The notes beneath the pieces are model-generated. The model was not told where the DNA came from and made no database searches. It worked only from the letters and a program-made list of their open reading frames with translations. Below, one piece after another: positions 61,210 through 64,000 of a stretch of DNA of 64,000 nucleotides. Within the stretch, counting starts at the first letter, position 1, and each line of letters begins with the position of its first letter. A program made the translations under genes and the position numbers. Source of the stretch: Prochlorococcus sp. AG-436-J02 (GTDB taxonomy: Bacteria > Cyanobacteriota > Cyanobacteriia > PCC-6307 > Cyanobiaceae); assembly GCA_003212625.1 (NCBI GenBank), contig QCPI01000003.1, positions 5,747 to 69,746 on the forward strand. The letters are read 5' to 3'.

Positions 61210-64000
61210 CTACTTTTGCTTTTAATTAATAAATCTAATTCTTGTATTCTTTCAAGAGGCACGGGTTCAACAACTAAGCCTGGAGTCCTTTTAGGATAAT
61301 TATTCTTTTCTAAATCTTTATTACCTGGGATGCCTCTCAAAAATACGTATATATAGCCTCCAAGATGTTTTTGGGGTGAATAATTTGGGAGTCTCCATTT
61401 TAAGAATCTATGTAATGCAAGTAGATATATATGTGCTTGCAGTGGATAGTGATGATTGTACATTTCTTCATCCATATTTTTTATTGAATAATTTGAGGGA
61501 CCACAAGTGAAAACATCTCCTCTTGATAAAGTACTTGCAATCCAGTTACTCTTCCAATCTAAAACCCACCATTTCGCACTTTGATGATCTGGGTTGTCTG
61601 CAAAAACTTGGTCAATAGATCCAGTTAGGAAACCGCTACTATTAATATTTAGATTCATTATTTTATCTGCATAATCTAATCCATACTTTTTTTGAATATC
61701 TTTTCTAAATATTGATGATAACTTCAGAGTATTAATTGGATTAGTCTCATGGCAAATTGGGATATCAAACTTTAATTCTTTGATTGAGTTTTTTGAATCT
61801 AAGCTCTCTAATTTAAATTGACCTAATGGACCACCTAAAGGAATACTTGCAATTCTATTTAGTAAAATATTAATTGGTTGAATGAATGAATTACTTATAT
61901 TGACTTTACTTAATTCTTCTTTGATTATAGATGAAATTTTAACTTCATTTGTAAGATCATTAAAATCAACTCTTTCTAGAATTTTATGAAGACAAGTCCC
62001 TGCTATAGGACCTCGTGGAAATTTGCCAATTGGACTTTCTTTAGACCAAACATTTTCTTCTGAGTTGGAAATACCAGGACTATTTTTCGTTAATGATTGA
62101 TTCAAATCATCTAGAGAGGTGTCTTCAACTTCATCTTTAAATGTATGATCCTCATTTAACTCATTGGATAAATAGATTGACATTGATTTTGTTCTTATTT
62201 GTGTTAACCAAGCAGAAAAACTATACCTTCCCCAACTACTATCAAACTGATGGCCTGGAGTTGATCCAAGCGACAATGTGATTTTACTTTTTGGTTGTAT
62301 CCATGCTTTATTGACCTGCTTTAATTGAATATCTTGAATATTAATTTTTAGATGCCTCTTCTTAAAGGATTCCTCCATTTTTTCTTTTGTTAAATCTTCT
62401 ATTTTTTGATCTATTGATTCAGGCCCGAATAAGAAGGTTGAAAGTGGATTACCTTCTTGATCAGCGGCTTTTGCCCATAGTATGATTAATTGGTTTTTAG
62501 CCCTTGTAAGAGCAACGTATGCTAATCTCTCTGCTTCATTTAATGATTCTTTTCTAGTGAACTCTTCGTATGAGTTATATTTTTTATGCCATTTATTCTT
62601 TTTAGAAATTAATAGGTTTTGATTATCTTTCCATAAATGAGTATTTTGATCTGGAGGCTTTTGCCACAAATATGGACATATTACTATTTTAAATTGAAGT
62701 CCTTTACTCTTATGTATTGTAATTATATTGACAGAACTATTACTTATCGCACTATTTGGTTGGTATTCCTCCGGAATTGGCTCAAAATGTTGGAATCGTT
62801 GTCGACTAAGCCATTGTGAGGCTCTTTGAGCATTTAGTTTCTGACGATAGATCTGTTCATCTACTAACTGAGAACTCTGATAAAGGTCACTTAATAAGCT
62901 TCCTCTTTTGGAAAGATCCGCTATCAATTCTCCTTCCAGAAAATTAGATAAACAGCCTAATAAACCAATATTTGGAAATGATCTTGAAAGTTCATGGAAC
63001 TTCGAAGCTAATGCATCAAAATCACCATTAGTTTTTGATGCAAAAAGCTTACTTGTGTTCCATTGCAACAGCTCAGAGCAAGCCAAGAGGGAAAGCTTTT
63101 GTTGGTTATATGGACTAACAATACAGTTAATAAAAAATTGTAGGATTTGAGCACCTTCTCTTGAAAATATATTTTCATTACTTAGCAGTTGTGATGGAAT
63201 TTTTACTTTTGATAAATAGCTATGAATTTTTTCAGCTTGATCGTGCTTATTGACTAGTATGCAAATATCTGAAGGATTAAGATTCTTAGGATTATTGCTT
63301 AATAGTTCTACCAAATATGATCCAATAACTTTTGGTATTTTTTCTTCTATTTTACTTTTAGATTCTAATTTTATATCTTGTTCTTTTTGACTATTCTCAA
63401 TTAGATTTAATACTGTTAAGGGTTCTTTTATGCCATTAAGTTTTAGTAGATCTTCTTGTGAACAAGATTTTAGTTGTTGGGTCGGTAGATTTGATCTAAT
63501 AAGTCCATCAAGAAATAATTTGTTTAGTATTTTAATTAGAGATTTTGTACTTCTATAATTAGCATTCATTAAATCAATTCGATCACAGTTTTCTCTCGCT
63601 TTCATATATGTATTTAAACTTCCACCTCTGAAACTATAGATTGCTTGCTTAGGATCACCAACCATTAGTAAAAGATGAGTAGATTGATTTCCAAAAGCTT
63701 CTTTTAGTAATCGTAATTGTACTGGATCTGTATCTTGAAACTCATCTATTAATGCGACTTTATATCTAGACTTTAGGTTCTTATAAATATTATTAGAATT
63801 TATTTTATCTTTGTTTTTACTTAATCTTCTAGGATCAAGTAATTTCAATAGATCAGAATAATTGATTAATCCTTTTTTAGATTTTCTCTTTTTAAGTTCT
63901 TTTTTTGTCCATAATAAAGCATGTTCCCATACAAAATCAGATGGACTATCATATAAGTCAGTTATGCAGTCAAGTAATGAATTGATTTCTTTTGAATAAA
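61206..64000 (-). CDS. recB: Exodeoxyribonuclease V beta subunit (3' part; frame stays open to the window end)
   Basis: LIDEFQDTDP.Q, GDPKQAIYSFRG, NYRS, TIHKSKGL, YVALTRA and nuclease motifs GSID..LDWKSN, HYPLQ; no stop in frame from 63848 to 64000. Confidence 0.94.
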   Translation of the reverse strand, partial: YSKEINSLLDCITDLYDSPSDFVWEHALLWTKKELKKRKSKKGLINYSDLLKLLDPRRLSKNKDKINSNNIYKNLKSRYKVALIDEFQDTDPVQLRLLKEAFGNQSTHLLLMVGDPKQAIYSFRGGSLNTYMKARENCDRIDLMNANYRSTKSLIKILNKLFLDGLIRSNLPTQQLKSCSQEDLLKLNGIKEPLTVLNLIENSQKEQDIKLESKSKIEEKIPKVIGSYLVELLSNNPKNLNPSDICILVNKHDQAEKIHSYLSKVKIPSQLLSNENIFSREGAQILQFFINCIVSPYNQQKLSLLACSELLQWNTSKLFASKTNGDFDALASKFHELSRSFPNIGLLGCLSNFLEGELIADLSKRGSLLSDLYQSSQLVDEQIYRQKLNAQRASQWLSRQRFQHFEPIPEEYQPNSAISNSSVNIITIHKSKGLQFKIVICPYLWQKPPDQNTHLWKDNQNLLISKKNKWHKKYNSYEEFTRKESLNEAERLAYVALTRAKNQLIILWAKAADQEGNPLSTFLFGPESIDQKIEDLTKEKMEESFKKRHLKINIQDIQLKQVNKAWIQPKSKITLSLGSTPGHQFDSSWGRYSFSAWLTQIRTKSMSIYLSNELNEDHTFKDEVEDTSLDDLNQSLTKNSPGISNSEENVWSKESPIGKFPRGPIAGTCLHKILERVDFNDLTNEVKISSIIKEELSKVNISNSFIQPINILLNRIASIPLGGPLGQFKLESLDSKNSIKELKFDIPICHETNPINTLKLSSIFRKDIQKKYGLDYADKIMNLNINSSGFLTGSIDQVFADNPDHQSAKWWVLDWKSNWIASTLSRGDVFTCGPSNYSIKNMDEEMYNHHYPLQAHIYLLALHRFLKWRLPNYSPQKHLGGYIYVFLRGIPGNKDLEKNNYPKRTPGLVVEPVPLERIQELDLLIKSKSR

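Overview
This is an AT-rich, gene-dense core-chromosome segment of a marine picocyanobacterium, most likely Prochlorococcus. The gene content (recB/recD, pepN, cobB, 7TM-HD protein) resembles a low-light NATL/LLI-type strain, which is an inference. It runs ruvC(partial)-chlI-...-cytM-petG-hisH-trxA-Yfr1-guaB-gyrA-crtL-GH57-leuA-...-folD-crtE-cobB-opcA-zwf-petH-tRNA-Glu-sasA-pepN-prs-malQ-...-clpC-lysA-cdaA-uppS-bioB-lipA-recR-psbP-deaD-recD-recB(partial). I saw no mobile element, prophage, CRISPR array or defence island, and I cannot support a claim of a wholly new multi-gene system. Features missing from the ORF track are ruvC, petG, the sRNA Yfr1, tRNA-Glu(TTC) and the true recR 5' end (CTG start). 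The best leads are: (1) an FNR (petH) with a hydrophobic N-terminal anchor, an internal Met, a tandem-repeat linker and duplicated promoter-like boxes; (2) a K-box-like palindrome upstream of clpC; (3) a decayed gene relic between prs and malQ; (4) a c-di-AMP cyclase with an RHL variant motif plus a PgpH-like hydrolase; (5) a Dda/RecD-like helicase coupled to an isoprenoid operon; (6) a potentially switchable deaD leader.
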